Source: Acidimicrobiia bacterium (lineage in GTDB: Bacteria > Actinomycetota > Acidimicrobiia > Acidimicrobiales > Poriferisodalaceae). Taken from it: 64,000 nucleotides of DNA. The stretch is taken from the NCBI GenBank assembly GCA_022827265.1, contig JAJDTF010000099.1:71105-135104 (forward strand). Reading direction: 5' to 3'. The position numbers and the translations under genes were made by a program. Shown in pieces: positions 19,916 to 30,321 of the stretch. A model generated the notes under the pieces. The model did not search any database. It was not told the DNA's origin and saw nothing but the letters and a program-made list of their open reading frames with translations. Within the stretch, counting starts at the first letter, position 1, and each line of letters opens with the position of its first letter.

Positions 19916-21145
19916 ATGCGTCAGCGCTTGGGCATTGCCGTGATCGGCTTCGGCTGGATGGGCCAAGCGCATGCGCGCTCGGTCATGCGCATCCCGAGCT
20001 TGTTCAGCGAGCGCAGCTACGCGCCTGAACTCGTGGTGTGTGCCGACACGGTCGACGAGCGCCGCGCGGTCGCCCGTGAGGGTTTCGGCTTCAGCCATGC
20101 AACCGACGACTGGCGGTCGGCCGTGGATCGTCCCGATGTGGACGTGGTGTATGTCACGACACCGAACATGCTGCACTCCGAGATCGTCACTGCGGCTGTG
20201 GCCGCCGGCAAGCACGTGTTCTGCGAGAAGCCGGTCGGCGGCACGCCGGCGCAGACGGTGCGCTGCTTCGAAGCCGCCAGCGCCGCTGGCAGCATCACCG
20301 GGGTCGGCTACAACTACCGCTACGCGCCGCTCGTGCAGCACGCCAAGACGCTCATCGACGGCGGGGTGCTCGGGGCGATCACCAACTACCGCGGGCGCTT
20401 CTTCTCCATGTTCGGCGCCGATCCGCTGGGCCTGCTGTCGTGGCGCTTCGAGCTGGATCAAGCGGGCCACGGAGTCACCAGCGACATTCTCAGTCACGCC
20501 GTCGACCTGGCGATGATGCTGAACGGCCCGATCAGCCGCGTGATCGGCAGCGGCACCACCTTCATTGACAAGCGGCCCATCGCCCAGCCAGGCGCGAGCC
20601 ATTACGCCCGCGGCCTTCCTGACGATCCTATGGGCTCGGTCACCAACGAGGATTACTTCGGTGCCCTGGTCGAGTTCGCCAACGGTTCACGGGGCACGTT
20701 CGAGGTCAGCCGCACGATGGTGGGGCCCGAGAGCCAGATGGCCTTCGACGTCTACGGCACCGAGGGCGCGGTGGGTTGGAATCTGGAGACCATGAATGAG
20801 CTCCAGCTGTACGTGGCGCCGGCGGCCTCGAACACGTCCGAGCGTGGCTACATGACGGTACGCGCCGGCGAGCGGCACCCCGGCCACAGCGCCTTTGTTC
20901 CTGGCGACGCCAACGCCATCGGGTTCGAGGATCTTGTCGCTCTAGAAGATCACCAGTACCTCTCCGCTGTCAGCGACGATCGCCCGCACTCAGCCGGCTT
21001 CGCCGAGGCTGTGGCGTACGTCAGCGTGCAAGCTGCCTTGCTGCGCAGCTGGATGAGCGGCACTTGGGAAGACGTCGTCCTGCTGACAGCCGACAATGTC
21101 GCCGAGCTCGCGCCGCACGACCCCGCCGGTGTGACAGGCAGGTGA
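19916..21145 (+). CDS. Gfo/Idh/MocA family oxidoreductase
   Basis: Rossmann IAVIGFGWMGQAH, EKP motif (FCEKPV) and a C-terminal alpha/beta domain. Confidence 0.9.
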   Translation: MRQRLGIAVIGFGWMGQAHARSVMRIPSLFSERSYAPELVVCADTVDERRAVAREGFGFSHATDDWRSAVDRPDVDVVYVTTPNMLHSEIVTAAVAAGKHVFCEKPVGGTPAQTVRCFEAASAAGSITGVGYNYRYAPLVQHAKTLIDGGVLGAITNYRGRFFSMFGADPLGLLSWRFELDQAGHGVTSDILSHAVDLAMMLNGPISRVIGSGTTFIDKRPIAQPGASHYARGLPDDPMGSVTNEDYFGALVEFANGSRGTFEVSRTMVGPESQMAFDVYGTEGAVGWNLETMNELQLYVAPAASNTSERGYMTVRAGERHPGHSAFVPGDANAIGFEDLVALEDHQYLSAVSDDRPHSAGFAEAVAYVSVQAALLRSWMSGTWEDVVLLTADNVAELAPHDPAGVTGR

Positions 21146-21188
21146 ATCAGGCGCGCATTATCCGTGGCGCCGCCCCGAAGGGAGTCTC

Positions 21189-23129
21189 GTGATGGCAGAT
21201 ATCGAGCTGACCACCGCCGGAGCCATCGTCCGCTACCTGGCAGCGCAGCGGATAGCGCTCGACGATCTCGATCCGGCGGCCGCGAGCCAGCTCGGGGCCG
21301 GCGATGTCTCCGACGGCGAGTCGGTGCCGCTGTTCGGCGGCGTGTACGCAATTTTCGGACACGGCAATGTGACGTGTCTCGGGCCTGAGCTGCGCAGCGC
21401 GCGTCACGCGCTGCCGACGTGGCGCGGGCAGAACGAGCAGGGCATGGCGTTGGCTGGCGTCGGCTATGCACGGGCGATGCGTCGTCGCCGGATCATGGCG
21501 GCGACCAGCTCCATCGGCCCGGGTGCCACCAACATGGTGACCGCCGCAGCGGTGGCTCACGCGAACCGCATGCCGCTGCTGCTGCTGTCGGGAGATACCT
21601 TCAGCCATCGACTGCCAGACCCGGTGCTGCAGCAAGTTGAGCACTTCGGCGATCCGTCGATGACGGTGAACGACGCCTTTCGATCCGTGGTCCGCTACTG
21701 GGACAGGCTCACTACACCCGAACAGGTGCTGGGGAGCCTGCCGAACGCGGTGGCGACGATGCTCGACCCGGCCGACTGCGGCCCGGCCTTCATCGGCTTG
21801 CCTCAGGACACCCAAGCCCAGGCGTACGCCTTTCCCGAGCGCTTCTTCGAACCCGTGGTGCATCGTGTGCGACGCCCACGTCCTGATCGGCGCGAGCTCG
21901 CCGCCGCGGCGGCAGCGCTGGCTGCTGCGAAGCGTCCGCTGCTCATCAGCGGCGGCGGCGTGCGCTGGTCGATGGCTGAGGCCGAGCTGCGTGCGTTCGC
22001 CGAGCGTCATGGCATCCCGGTTGTCGAGACGGTGGCCGGCCGCACCAGCTTCCCGTCCAGCCACCCCCTTGCCTGCGGGCCGATCGGCGTCACGGGCTGT
22101 GTCTCTGCGAACGCGATGGCCGCTGCTGCCGACGTGATCGTGGCAGTGGGCACCCGGCTAGGCGACTTCGCCACCGGCTCGTGGACCGTGTTCGATCAAG
22201 GCTCGACGTTTATCGGGCTGAATACGGCACGGTTCGACGCGACCAAGCACGCCAACTGCCCCTTGGTCGCCGACGCGCGAGAGGGACTTGCCGAGCTGGG
22301 CGCCGCGATCGTGGACTACCGCGCACCAGCCGACTGGACGGCGCGTGCCGAGACCGAGACCGCGCAGTACCACGCGTACATCGACAAGCTCGCCGCCCCG
22401 GAGGCCATCAGCTCGCAGGCAGAACTGCCGACATACGCACAGGTGGTGGGTGCCGTGTCGAGAGCGGCCGATGAGCGCACCTACGTGGTGACTGCAGCCG
22501 GCGGTCTGCCTGGGGAGACGGTGAACGGCTGGCGCAGTGATGTGGAGCACTCCTTCGACTGCGAGTACGGCTACTCGACGATGGGGTATGAGATCTCGGG
22601 TGCGTGGGGCGCGAAGCAGGCGCTGCCCGATCGCGATGTCGTTGCACTCGTCGGCGACGGCTCGTACCTGATGATGAACGCCGACTTGTACAGCTCGGTG
22701 CTGAGCGGCCACCCGATCACCCTGGTGGTATGCGACAACGGGGGTTTTGCCGTCATCAACCGGCTGCAGCAGGCCCAAGGCGGCGAGTCGTTCAACAACT
22801 TCCTGGCTGACACCATGACCCTGACACCATCGGGGACTGCCGATCGATCGGGACCGGAGCCTCCCCATGTCGACTTCGCCGCGCACGCGGCATCCATGGG
22901 ATGCACAGCGGAGACCGTTGTCACCATCGCCGAGCTGGAGGCTGCGCTGGGGCGGGCAAAGGCCTCCGAGCGCACGTATGTGATCGTTCTCGCCACACAC
23001 CCCACATCGTGGACCGAAGGCGGCGTGGCCTGGCAGGTGGGCGTGCCCGAAGCCAGCGACCGGCCCGAGATCGCCGCCGCAGCTGCGGGCATGGCCGAGG
23101 CAATGGCTGCCCAGCGGCGCGGCTCGTGA
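21189..23129 (+). CDS. iolD: 3D-(3,5/4)-trihydroxycyclohexane-1,2-dione acylhydrolase (ThDP-dependent)
   Basis: Near-colinear with IolD as I remember it: FGHGNV, GQNEQGMA, TSSIGPGATNMVTAAA, LLLLSGDTF..R.PDPVLQQ, NDAF..V.RYWDR...PEQ. Confidence 0.88.
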   Translation: MMADIELTTAGAIVRYLAAQRIALDDLDPAAASQLGAGDVSDGESVPLFGGVYAIFGHGNVTCLGPELRSARHALPTWRGQNEQGMALAGVGYARAMRRRRIMAATSSIGPGATNMVTAAAVAHANRMPLLLLSGDTFSHRLPDPVLQQVEHFGDPSMTVNDAFRSVVRYWDRLTTPEQVLGSLPNAVATMLDPADCGPAFIGLPQDTQAQAYAFPERFFEPVVHRVRRPRPDRRELAAAAAALAAAKRPLLISGGGVRWSMAEAELRAFAERHGIPVVETVAGRTSFPSSHPLACGPIGVTGCVSANAMAAAADVIVAVGTRLGDFATGSWTVFDQGSTFIGLNTARFDATKHANCPLVADAREGLAELGAAIVDYRAPADWTARAETETAQYHAYIDKLAAPEAISSQAELPTYAQVVGAVSRAADERTYVVTAAGGLPGETVNGWRSDVEHSFDCEYGYSTMGYEISGAWGAKQALPDRDVVALVGDGSYLMMNADLYSSVLSGHPITLVVCDNGGFAVINRLQQAQGGESFNNFLADTMTLTPSGTADRSGPEPPHVDFAAHAASMGCTAETVVTIAELEAALGRAKASERTYVIVLATHPTSWTEGGVAWQVGVPEASDRPEIAAAAAGMAEAMAAQRRGS

Positions 23130-23157
23130 TCTCGGCCGGTTCTGGGTTGCAGCGGCC

Positions 23158-24165
23158 ATGAGCACTGCGGGCATCGGTCTTATCGGCTGCGGCCGGATCG
23201 GCCAGATGCACGCGCGCCATCTGGCCGGCATCGACGGCCTCCGGTTGGCGGCCGTGTGCGATGCCGTTCCGGCTGCATCGGCGTCGCTCGCAGCAGAGCT
23301 GGATGTGCCCGTTGCCGACAGCCCGGCAGCGCTGATGAACCGATCCGACGTCGACGCCGTGGCCATCTGCTCACCGACGGAGACGCACGTCGACCTGATC
23401 GTGGCGGCGGCGGAAGCCGGGTTGCCTGCGTTCTGTGAGAAACCCGTGTCGCTGGACCTGGCCGAGGCGGAGCGCGCTGTGTCTGCGGTCGCCGCTGCAG
23501 GCACGGCTGTTCAGCAGGGTTTCAACCGTCGCTTCGACCCTTCGCATCGGGCTGTGGCCACCGCTGCCCGCAGCGGTGAACTCGGCGACGTGCACGTCGT
23601 GAGGATCACGAGCCGTGACCCCGAACCGCCGCCCCACGACTACGTCGCCGGCTCGGGGGGCATCTTCGCCGACATGATGATCCACGACTTCGACATGGCA
23701 CGCTTCGTGGTCGGCGCCGAGGTCACCGAGGTGTACGCGGCAGGCGCAGTGCGGATCGATCCCGTGATCGGCGAGCTGGGTGACTGGGACACCGCGGTGG
23801 CAGTGCTTACTCACACCGACGGGACCATCACCACCATCGACAACAGCCGGCGGGCGATCTACGGCTACGACCAGCGGGTCGAGGCGTTCGGCAGCGCCGG
23901 GGCGATGGCATCACAGAACCCCGCCGTCCACAGTGCGGTGCGGTCTGGGCCGGCGGGCGCGGCGTCTGCGCCGATCCCGTGGTTTTTCACCGAGCGGTAT
24001 GCCGAGTCGTACCGTGCCGAGTGGGCTGCGTTCGTCGACGTGCTCGCAGGCGAACCGCCGCCCGTGACGCTGGAAGACGGCCGTGCATGCTTGGTGATTG
24101 CACTGGCGGCAACTCGCTCGGCACGCGAGGGGCGTGCCGTCAGCGTGGCGGAGATCTTGTCCTAG
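23158..24165 (+). CDS. iolG: inositol 2-dehydrogenase (Gfo/Idh/MocA)
   Basis: IGLIGCGRIGQMHA, FCEKPV, GFNRRFDP, RITSRDPEPPP..Y...SGGIFADMMIHDFDMARF are typical of IolG. Confidence 0.82.
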   Translation: MSTAGIGLIGCGRIGQMHARHLAGIDGLRLAAVCDAVPAASASLAAELDVPVADSPAALMNRSDVDAVAICSPTETHVDLIVAAAEAGLPAFCEKPVSLDLAEAERAVSAVAAAGTAVQQGFNRRFDPSHRAVATAARSGELGDVHVVRITSRDPEPPPHDYVAGSGGIFADMMIHDFDMARFVVGAEVTEVYAAGAVRIDPVIGELGDWDTAVAVLTHTDGTITTIDNSRRAIYGYDQRVEAFGSAGAMASQNPAVHSAVRSGPAGAASAPIPWFFTERYAESYRAEWAAFVDVLAGEPPPVTLEDGRACLVIALAATRSAREGRAVSVAEILS

Positions 24166-24177
24166 GCGGTCAGTCTG

Positions 24178-25194
24178 CTAGCTGGCCGGGCCGGTCGAGT
24201 CTCGCACCACCAACTCGGCGTTCAGCACCGACACGAGTGCGGTGTCCCGGCCGTTCAAACGATCGCTCAGCATGCTGACCGCTGTCTGCCCGATATCGGA
24301 ACGGGGCAGCCTCACTGTGGTCAAACGGGGCACCCCTGCAACGGCATACAGCGAGTCGTCGAAGCCCGTGATGCTGATGTCGCCGGGCACGTTGAGGCCG
24401 GCGTCGACCGCGGCGAGGACGGCACCGCGGGCTTGGGCGTCGTTGACGCAGGCAATGGCCGTCGGTCGCCGCGAACGGCGCAGCAGCTTGTCGGTCGCTT
24501 CGTAACCGTCTGATTGCAGGAAACCGGCCGGTTCGAATGAGATGTGCCCCGAGCATCCCAACCGCTCCATCTCGCTGGTGTAGCCGCGGGTCCGTGCTGC
24601 GACGTTGGGCATCTCGGCATCGCCGATGAGGGCGATATCGCTGTGGCCCAGATCGGCCAAGTGACGAACCACGGACGCCATTGCCGCCTCGTCGTCAGTG
24701 ACGAGCGTGTCGTATCGATCGGATCGAAGGTCGTACATCAACGCCAGGACCGGCAGGACATCCGCGTACTCCTCGAGTTCGGCCGCGTCACGTCGACCGA
24801 GCAGCCCGAGTGCGAGGCCGTCCACGCGGTACTCGAGCATCCGCTCGATCACCTCGCGCTCGCCGCTCACCTCAGGCGGGCTCGACAGGTACAGCGTGCG
24901 CATGCCGCGACGGCTGACTTCTTGGTCGACGGCGAACATGACTTCGCCCCAGAACGCATCGAAGAGCCCGGTGATGACAAAACCGACGGTGCCGCTGCTC
25001 AGGCCCGCGAGCGACCGAGCACCGGCGTGCGCCCGGTAGCCCAGTTCGGCGGCCGACTCCAGAATGCGCTGGCGGGTGCTGTCCCGAACGTGACCCTCGC
25101 CGCGCAAGGCGCGTGACACCAGCGATTTCGAGACACCGGCGTGCTGCGAGATGTCCTTGATGGTCGGGTAGCCACCCTGTCGTTTGGCCGGCAT
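24178..25194 (-). CDS. LacI family transcriptional regulator
   Basis: N-terminal HTH TIKDISQHAGVSKSLVSRALRGEGHV plus a periplasmic-binding-like effector domain. Convergent with iolG. Confidence 0.95.
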   Translation of the reverse strand: MPAKRQGGYPTIKDISQHAGVSKSLVSRALRGEGHVRDSTRQRILESAAELGYRAHAGARSLAGLSSGTVGFVITGLFDAFWGEVMFAVDQEVSRRGMRTLYLSSPPEVSGEREVIERMLEYRVDGLALGLLGRRDAAELEEYADVLPVLALMYDLRSDRYDTLVTDDEAAMASVVRHLADLGHSDIALIGDAEMPNVAARTRGYTSEMERLGCSGHISFEPAGFLQSDGYEATDKLLRRSRRPTAIACVNDAQARGAVLAAVDAGLNVPGDISITGFDDSLYAVAGVPRLTTVRLPRSDIGQTAVSMLSDRLNGRDTALVSVLNAELVVRDSTGPAS

Positions 25195-25274
25195 GAGTCC
25201 CTTCGAGGGCTGTGGCGAAGGCCGCAGCTTCGATGGTACCGAACCGCGGATTCCGGTCGATCAGCGAGCCGGCG

Positions 25275-26198
25275 TCAGAACGGGAGCTTGAGCCCTGGGC
25301 GGGGCCAGTCGCCGACGGCGAGGCGGCCGGTGCCAGACAGGGTGACGTACGCCGTGCGCATGTCGTCGCCGCCGAAGCAGATGTTGGTGGTGGCCGAATC
25401 GTCGGTGGGGGCGAACTCGAGCTCGTCGCCATCGCGGGTGAAGGTGCTGATGCCGCCGGTGAGGATCGTGGCCACGCTCACGTTGCCTTCGGCGTCCATG
25501 GCCAGCGAGTCGAAGTACTTGCGGCCGGCCGGCCGGGCCAGGAACCAGCCCCGTGCGGGCACCCCAGCGGCGACCTTGCCCGGGCCCTCGAGGTCGAAGG
25601 CGAACATGGCGCCCTGAAACGTCTCGGCCACATAGACCCGGTCTTCTTCGGGCGAGATGCCCACGCCGTTCGGCCCGTCCATCGGGAACGCGATCTCTTC
25701 GATGTGGCTGCCGTCGGCCTTGGCGTAGTAGAGCCCGCCGCGGTCCCGGTCGCGGGTGCGGGTCTTGCCGTGGTCGGTGAACCAGAAGCCGCCGGTGGAG
25801 TCGAACATGATGTCGTTGGGGCCCTTGAGCGACACGCCGTTCACATCGGCATACAGGATGTCCACCTCGCCGGTCTCGAGGTCGATGCGCTCGATCCGTC
25901 CCGTCGTGTAGTCGGAAGCCACCTCGCCGGGCACCGTGCGGCCCCGCACGGTGATCCACTCGAAGCCGCCGTTATTGCACACGTACAGCGCCCCGTCGGG
26001 ACCCAGAGCTGCGCCGTTCGGCCCTCCGCCCGGCGTTGCCAGGATGTCCTTGCGGCCGTCGGTCACGTCGACGCGGGTGATGGTGCCGCGCCCGATCTCG
26101 ACAACGGCGACCGAGCCGTCTGCCAGCACCACCGGTCCTTCGGGAAAGATCAGGCCGTCGGTGATGGTCTCGAAATGGTCAGGTCCGAAAAAGCTCAT
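25275..26198 (-). CDS. SMP-30/gluconolactonase/LRE family protein
   Basis: FPEGPVVL, GGPNGAALGPDG, NDIMFDSTGGFWFTD, PNGVGISPEED and TNICFGG are beta-propeller repeats. The start is set at MSFFGPDHFE (26198). Confidence 0.85.
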   Translation of the reverse strand: MSFFGPDHFETITDGLIFPEGPVVLADGSVAVVEIGRGTITRVDVTDGRKDILATPGGGPNGAALGPDGALYVCNNGGFEWITVRGRTVPGEVASDYTTGRIERIDLETGEVDILYADVNGVSLKGPNDIMFDSTGGFWFTDHGKTRTRDRDRGGLYYAKADGSHIEEIAFPMDGPNGVGISPEEDRVYVAETFQGAMFAFDLEGPGKVAAGVPARGWFLARPAGRKYFDSLAMDAEGNVSVATILTGGISTFTRDGDELEFAPTDDSATTNICFGGDDMRTAYVTLSGTGRLAVGDWPRPGLKLPF

Positions 26199-26259
26199 GG
26201 CCGCCGACGCTACTGCGCGACCGTGGCTGGCTTCCTGCCAAACCAGTGCTGCAGCGCTG

Positions 26260-27261
26260 TCAGCTGAGAGCGTCGCGCCAGGGTGAGGCGTCGATGCCGC
26301 GGTAGCGGTCTTCGAGCGCGTCGACCAGTTCGGGTGTCCAGTACGGGTGGCCAGGCGACGGGGCGCCGAACAAGGACAGCTCGTCGGGTGTGCAGGAGGC
26401 GGCGAACTTGGACCACAGGGGTCCATTCGAGACTGGCTGCACGTTGTCGTAGCCGATCCAGTCGGCGCCGCCGGGCTTGAACGAGGCGCTCATCAGGAAG
26501 CGGCTGCCGCCGGGACGGGTGAGGTCGACGCCGCGGTGCCACACGTCTGGCCGGTACGCCAAGAACGAGCCGCGCACTCCTGCGGCAGAGATCCGATCGC
26601 CGTCAGGCGGGCCGTCGTAGGGCCGGGTGGCGTCGGCAGGGCCTCCGGCCAACTCGGTGGGTGCCACGCCGTCGTCCACGTCGCTGAGATACAAGAAGCC
26701 CTCCAGGTTCCACCAGCCGGCTTCGAGCCGGTCGGGCACGACGTTGTGGTTGCGGTCTTGGTGGAAGGGCTGCTCGTAGTTGGCGACGCCGGTGTACTTG
26801 CCCCAGATGCGGGCCTGGTAGATGCGGATGTCGTCGATGCCCATGGCCATGCGGACGAACCGCAGCACATCGGCGTGGACCTGCAGCCGGTTCAGCCGGG
26901 GCGAGGTGTAGGGAAACAGGATGTGGCCCAGGAACTGCTCGGGCCGGAATGCCGCGCCCTCGGAGTCGGCCCTGGGGAACTTGTGGCCCTGGTTGTGGCT
27001 GCGTCCGATGAAGCGTTCCCGAAGTGCCGGGTCACCCGAATGGAACTCCTCGGGGCGCGGGTACAGGTCCCAGAGCTCCTCGACGGCATGATCGATGTCG
27101 GCCGCCGGCACGAGGCCGTCCACGAGCACCCAGCCGTGCTCGCGCCAGTGCTGCGCCGCCTCGTCGAGATCGGCAATGCCGACGCTCGTGGCGTCGGCAT
27201 CGGTGCGATCGTCGACGCTCGTGGCGTCGGCATCGGTGTGATCGTCGACGGGCGCGGTCAC
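26260..27261 (-). CDS. phytanoyl-CoA dioxygenase-like Fe(II)/2-oxoglutarate oxygenase (tentative)
   Basis: FHQDRNH (HxD) with a distal WHRG context. 333 aa, GTG start. The N-terminus carries an 11-aa tandem duplication. Confidence 0.65.
   Translation of the reverse strand: MTAPVDDHTDADATSVDDRTDADATSVGIADLDEAAQHWREHGWVLVDGLVPAADIDHAVEELWDLYPRPEEFHSGDPALRERFIGRSHNQGHKFPRADSEGAAFRPEQFLGHILFPYTSPRLNRLQVHADVLRFVRMAMGIDDIRIYQARIWGKYTGVANYEQPFHQDRNHNVVPDRLEAGWWNLEGFLYLSDVDDGVAPTELAGGPADATRPYDGPPDGDRISAAGVRGSFLAYRPDVWHRGVDLTRPGGSRFLMSASFKPGGADWIGYDNVQPVSNGPLWSKFAASCTPDELSLFGAPSPGHPYWTPELVDALEDRYRGIDASPWRDALS
27181..27246. repeat. 33-bp x2 in-frame tandem repeat
   Basis: gacgctcgtggcgtcggcatcggtg(c/t)gatcgtc twice, with 1 mismatch. 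It encodes DDHTDADATSV / DDRTDADATSV. Confidence 0.9.
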
Positions 27262-27265
27262 AGCC

Positions 27266-28072
27266 TCAGCCGGCGCCTTGGGCGTCGTCCACCGAGATGC
27301 AGGCGCCCGAGACGAAGTCCGACAGCGGCGACACCAGGTACAGCAGCGTCGAGTCGAGCTGTGATGCCTTGCCCAGACGCCGCCGCGGGAACATCTTGGT
27401 GATGTCGCCCATGCGCTCGAGCATGCCGTCCATCATCTCGCTCTCAAAGGCGCCCGGCGCGATCACGTTGACGTTCACGTTGTAGCGGGCAAATTCCTGG
27501 GCCAGCACCTCGGTCATCCGCACGACGGCGCTCTTGGTGATGGCGTACATCGAGGTGCCCATGGGCGCTCTGAATGCTGCGCCTGAGGAGATGTTCACGA
27601 TGCGCCCGGGCAGCTCGGCCGCAGCCAGCCGCCGGGTGACCTCGCACGACAGGTGGAACAGCGAGGTGAGGTTGGTGGCGATCATCTCGTCGACGAACGC
27701 CGGGTCCATCTTGAGCGCCAGGCGAGCATCTGGCTTGCCGGCGTTGTTCACCAGGATCTGTACGGTCCCGAGCTGCTCCTCGGCGGTGGCCACCGCCCCG
27801 AACAGCGCCTCGGTGTCGGTCACGTCCAGCGGGATCGGCAGCACCGTGGCGCCGTCGGCCTTCAGCTCTGCAGCCAGCGCATTCAACCGCTCCACACGCC
27901 GCCCGCAGATGGCCACACTGGCGCCGCAGGCAGCGAGCACGGCGGCGAAGCGGCGGCCCAGTCCCGACGTGGTGCCAGTGACCAGTGCCGTCTGCCCGCT
28001 CAGGTCGGCTGACCACTGCGGCGCGAGGCTGCTTCCGGCTCCGGGGCTGTGCGTGCTGGCGTCGTCGTTCAT
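27266..28072 (-). CDS. SDR family oxidoreductase
   Basis: TGTTSGLGRRFA (TGxxxGxG), NNAG and YAITKSAV (YxxxK). Confidence 0.9.
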   Translation of the reverse strand: MNDDASTHSPGAGSSLAPQWSADLSGQTALVTGTTSGLGRRFAAVLAACGASVAICGRRVERLNALAAELKADGATVLPIPLDVTDTEALFGAVATAEEQLGTVQILVNNAGKPDARLALKMDPAFVDEMIATNLTSLFHLSCEVTRRLAAAELPGRIVNISSGAAFRAPMGTSMYAITKSAVVRMTEVLAQEFARYNVNVNVIAPGAFESEMMDGMLERMGDITKMFPRRRLGKASQLDSTLLYLVSPLSDFVSGACISVDDAQGAG

Positions 28073-28407
28073 GTTGGCCTCCTCGGCCGCCGCACAGGCA
28101 GCCTCACTTTGCCCACGCTGCTGGTGGGTTCAGCACCGCAGCGTATTGGGCCGTCGCGATGCGGCTCGCAGCTTTGGCTGGTCCCGGGCTCACAGTGCCC
28201 GGCGGCCGTAGCCTCGCTCCAGTGAGGGGTGCGGGCCAGCCGGCTGCGGCGAGCAACAGCGGACCGGCTGCGCCGTCCGGCACCGGAATTGTCTTCCATG
28301 TTGCCCCGGCCATTGGTCGAGCAGGCGGCGTCGATGCTTCGCTCAACGGCGCTGCGGCGGTTGCGCGGCGCGCACCGGCTGAGGGCTCGGCGGTCGGCGG
28401 CTCGACG

Positions 28408-29355
28408 GTGCAGACCGCCGCCGGCGGGCTGCCACTGCTGGTCATGGGTCTCGTGGTCATCTCGTGGGGCCTCGGGCCGCCGATCTCCAAGCTGCTCACC
28501 GCGCCGGCGATGGTGAGCGCCTTCATCCGTTTCGGCATGTCCACGCCGTTCCTGCTCGTGGTGCTGGCGCTGCGAGGCCGCTGGCTGTCGCGCCGGGTGT
28601 TCTGGCAGACGGCACTGCCGGGTCTGTCCTTCGGCATCAACATGGTCTTTGTCTTCGCTGCGGTGCAGGAAGTCACGATCTCGGTGATGTCGGTGATGAT
28701 GGCCTTGCAGCCGGCGATGCTGCTTGCGTTGGTGGGCCCGATCTTCGGTGACCGGGTGAGCGTTCGTCAGATCGTCTTCACGCTGATCGGAGTCGGCGGC
28801 GCCGCCGGCGTGATCATGGGTGCCGGCGGCGAGTTCCGCGCCAGCGGGTTCGGGCTGTTCCTGACGGCGATGTCGGTGCTGACGTTCACCGTTTACTTCG
28901 TGCTGACCCGGATGGCCAGATCGACGAGCGCAGTCGATCCGATCGAGTGGATGGCCGGCATCAACTTCTGGTCTTTTGTCGCTGCAGTGCCGCCCACAGT
29001 GCTGATGGTGACGCCGAACCAGTTCTTCGAATTCGGCGGGCTGGACTGGCTGTGGATCGTGATCGTGGCCTTCGTGACCGGGGTGTTCGGCCACGTGCTG
29101 ATGACGTGGTGCCACGGCCACATCGAGGTGGCCCGTTCCTCGCTGTACGTGCTCGCCATGCACATCGTGGCCGTGGGCGCGGCGTGGCTCATCCACGGCG
29201 AGCCGGTGACTCCCATGCAGTTCGGGGGCGGCGCCGTCGTGCTGTTCTCGGTGGCCATGGTGATCCGCACGCCGGCCGGATCGCGCGCTGTGCCCGAACC
29301 GGCGGAACCGGCTGCCGAGCCCGAACCGCCTGCCACCGCGCGCCCAGAAAACTGA
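28408..29355 (+). CDS. DMT (EamA) family transporter
   Basis: Ten hydrophobic helices in two EamA-like halves. The start is uncertain (GTG at 28408 or ATG at 28444). The upstream part of the 456-aa track ORF is an Arg/Ala-rich run-on. Confidence 0.8.
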   Translation: MQTAAGGLPLLVMGLVVISWGLGPPISKLLTAPAMVSAFIRFGMSTPFLLVVLALRGRWLSRRVFWQTALPGLSFGINMVFVFAAVQEVTISVMSVMMALQPAMLLALVGPIFGDRVSVRQIVFTLIGVGGAAGVIMGAGGEFRASGFGLFLTAMSVLTFTVYFVLTRMARSTSAVDPIEWMAGINFWSFVAAVPPTVLMVTPNQFFEFGGLDWLWIVIVAFVTGVFGHVLMTWCHGHIEVARSSLYVLAMHIVAVGAAWLIHGEPVTPMQFGGGAVVLFSVAMVIRTPAGSRAVPEPAEPAAEPEPPATARPEN

Positions 29356-29468
29356 CGATCCGGAGTCGGGCGGGCTGGGTACGCTCGGTTGGGCACGATG
29401 CGTCAGCCGCGCCGCAGGGGGTCGTCATCGGTCCGCTTGCGGGGGCTGAGCAGGCAAGGAGCATCTCC

Positions 29469-30299
29469 ATGGGCCGATTCGCCAACACCTGGCGGCTGAC
29501 CAAGAACTCGTGGTCGCTGCTGAAGCAGGACCGTGAACTGCTGTGGCTGCCGGTCCTCAGCATGCTGACCATCCTGGCCATCGCCGTCGCGGCGGCAGTG
29601 GTCGGCTTCGTCACCGGCAGCTTCGATACAAGCGGGGACGCCGAGAGCGTCCAGGGCAGCGCGGTCGTGCTCGGGCTCGTGTTCGCCTTCGTGGCAACGG
29701 CCACAGTGGTGTACTTCGAAGGCGCACTCGTGGCCGGCGCGCACGAGCGCATGACCGGCGGCGATCCCACCGTGCGCAGCGCGATGGGCAAGGCAGCGTC
29801 GCGGCTGCCGAGCCTGCTCGGCTGGGCGCTCATCACGTTGACTGTCGGGCTGGTGCTGCGCTTCCTGCGAGAGCGCCTGGGCTGGCTGGGGCAGATGCTG
29901 ACGTTCCTGGCCGAGGCGGCGTGGGGCGTGGCCACCTACCTGGTCGTTCCCGCCATCATCATCGACGACTACCGGTCGTTCGCCAGCGTCAAGCACTCCA
30001 TGTCGCTGGTGCGCCGCACCTGGGGCGAGAACCTCATCGCCCAGGCGGGGTTCGGCCTGCTGGGCTTCGTGATCGCCCTGCCGATCATTCTGATCGCAGT
30101 GCTGATCGCCAGCCTGGTCCCGGGGATCGGCGTATTCGTCGGCATCGCCGTCGGCGTGATCGGGGTGCTCGCCGTGAGCGTTGTCGTGAGCGCGTTGAGC
30201 CTCTACTTCAAGACGGCGCTGTACGAGTACGCCACCGACGGCGTGGCGCACGGCGGCTTCGACATCGACGAGATGGAGGCCTCGTTCCGCTCGAAGTAG
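29469..30299 (+). CDS. multi-pass membrane protein (resembles DUF6159-type)
   Basis: aaggag 7 nt upstream of the ATG. MGRFANTWRLTKNSWSLLKQDRELLWLPVLS is followed by 5-6 TM helices. Confidence 0.7.
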   Translation: MGRFANTWRLTKNSWSLLKQDRELLWLPVLSMLTILAIAVAAAVVGFVTGSFDTSGDAESVQGSAVVLGLVFAFVATATVVYFEGALVAGAHERMTGGDPTVRSAMGKAASRLPSLLGWALITLTVGLVLRFLRERLGWLGQMLTFLAEAAWGVATYLVVPAIIIDDYRSFASVKHSMSLVRRTWGENLIAQAGFGLLGFVIALPIILIAVLIASLVPGIGVFVGIAVGVIGVLAVSVVVSALSLYFKTALYEYATDGVAHGGFDIDEMEASFRSK

Positions 30300-30321
30300 C
30301 CAGACCGGACAGCCCGGCGGT

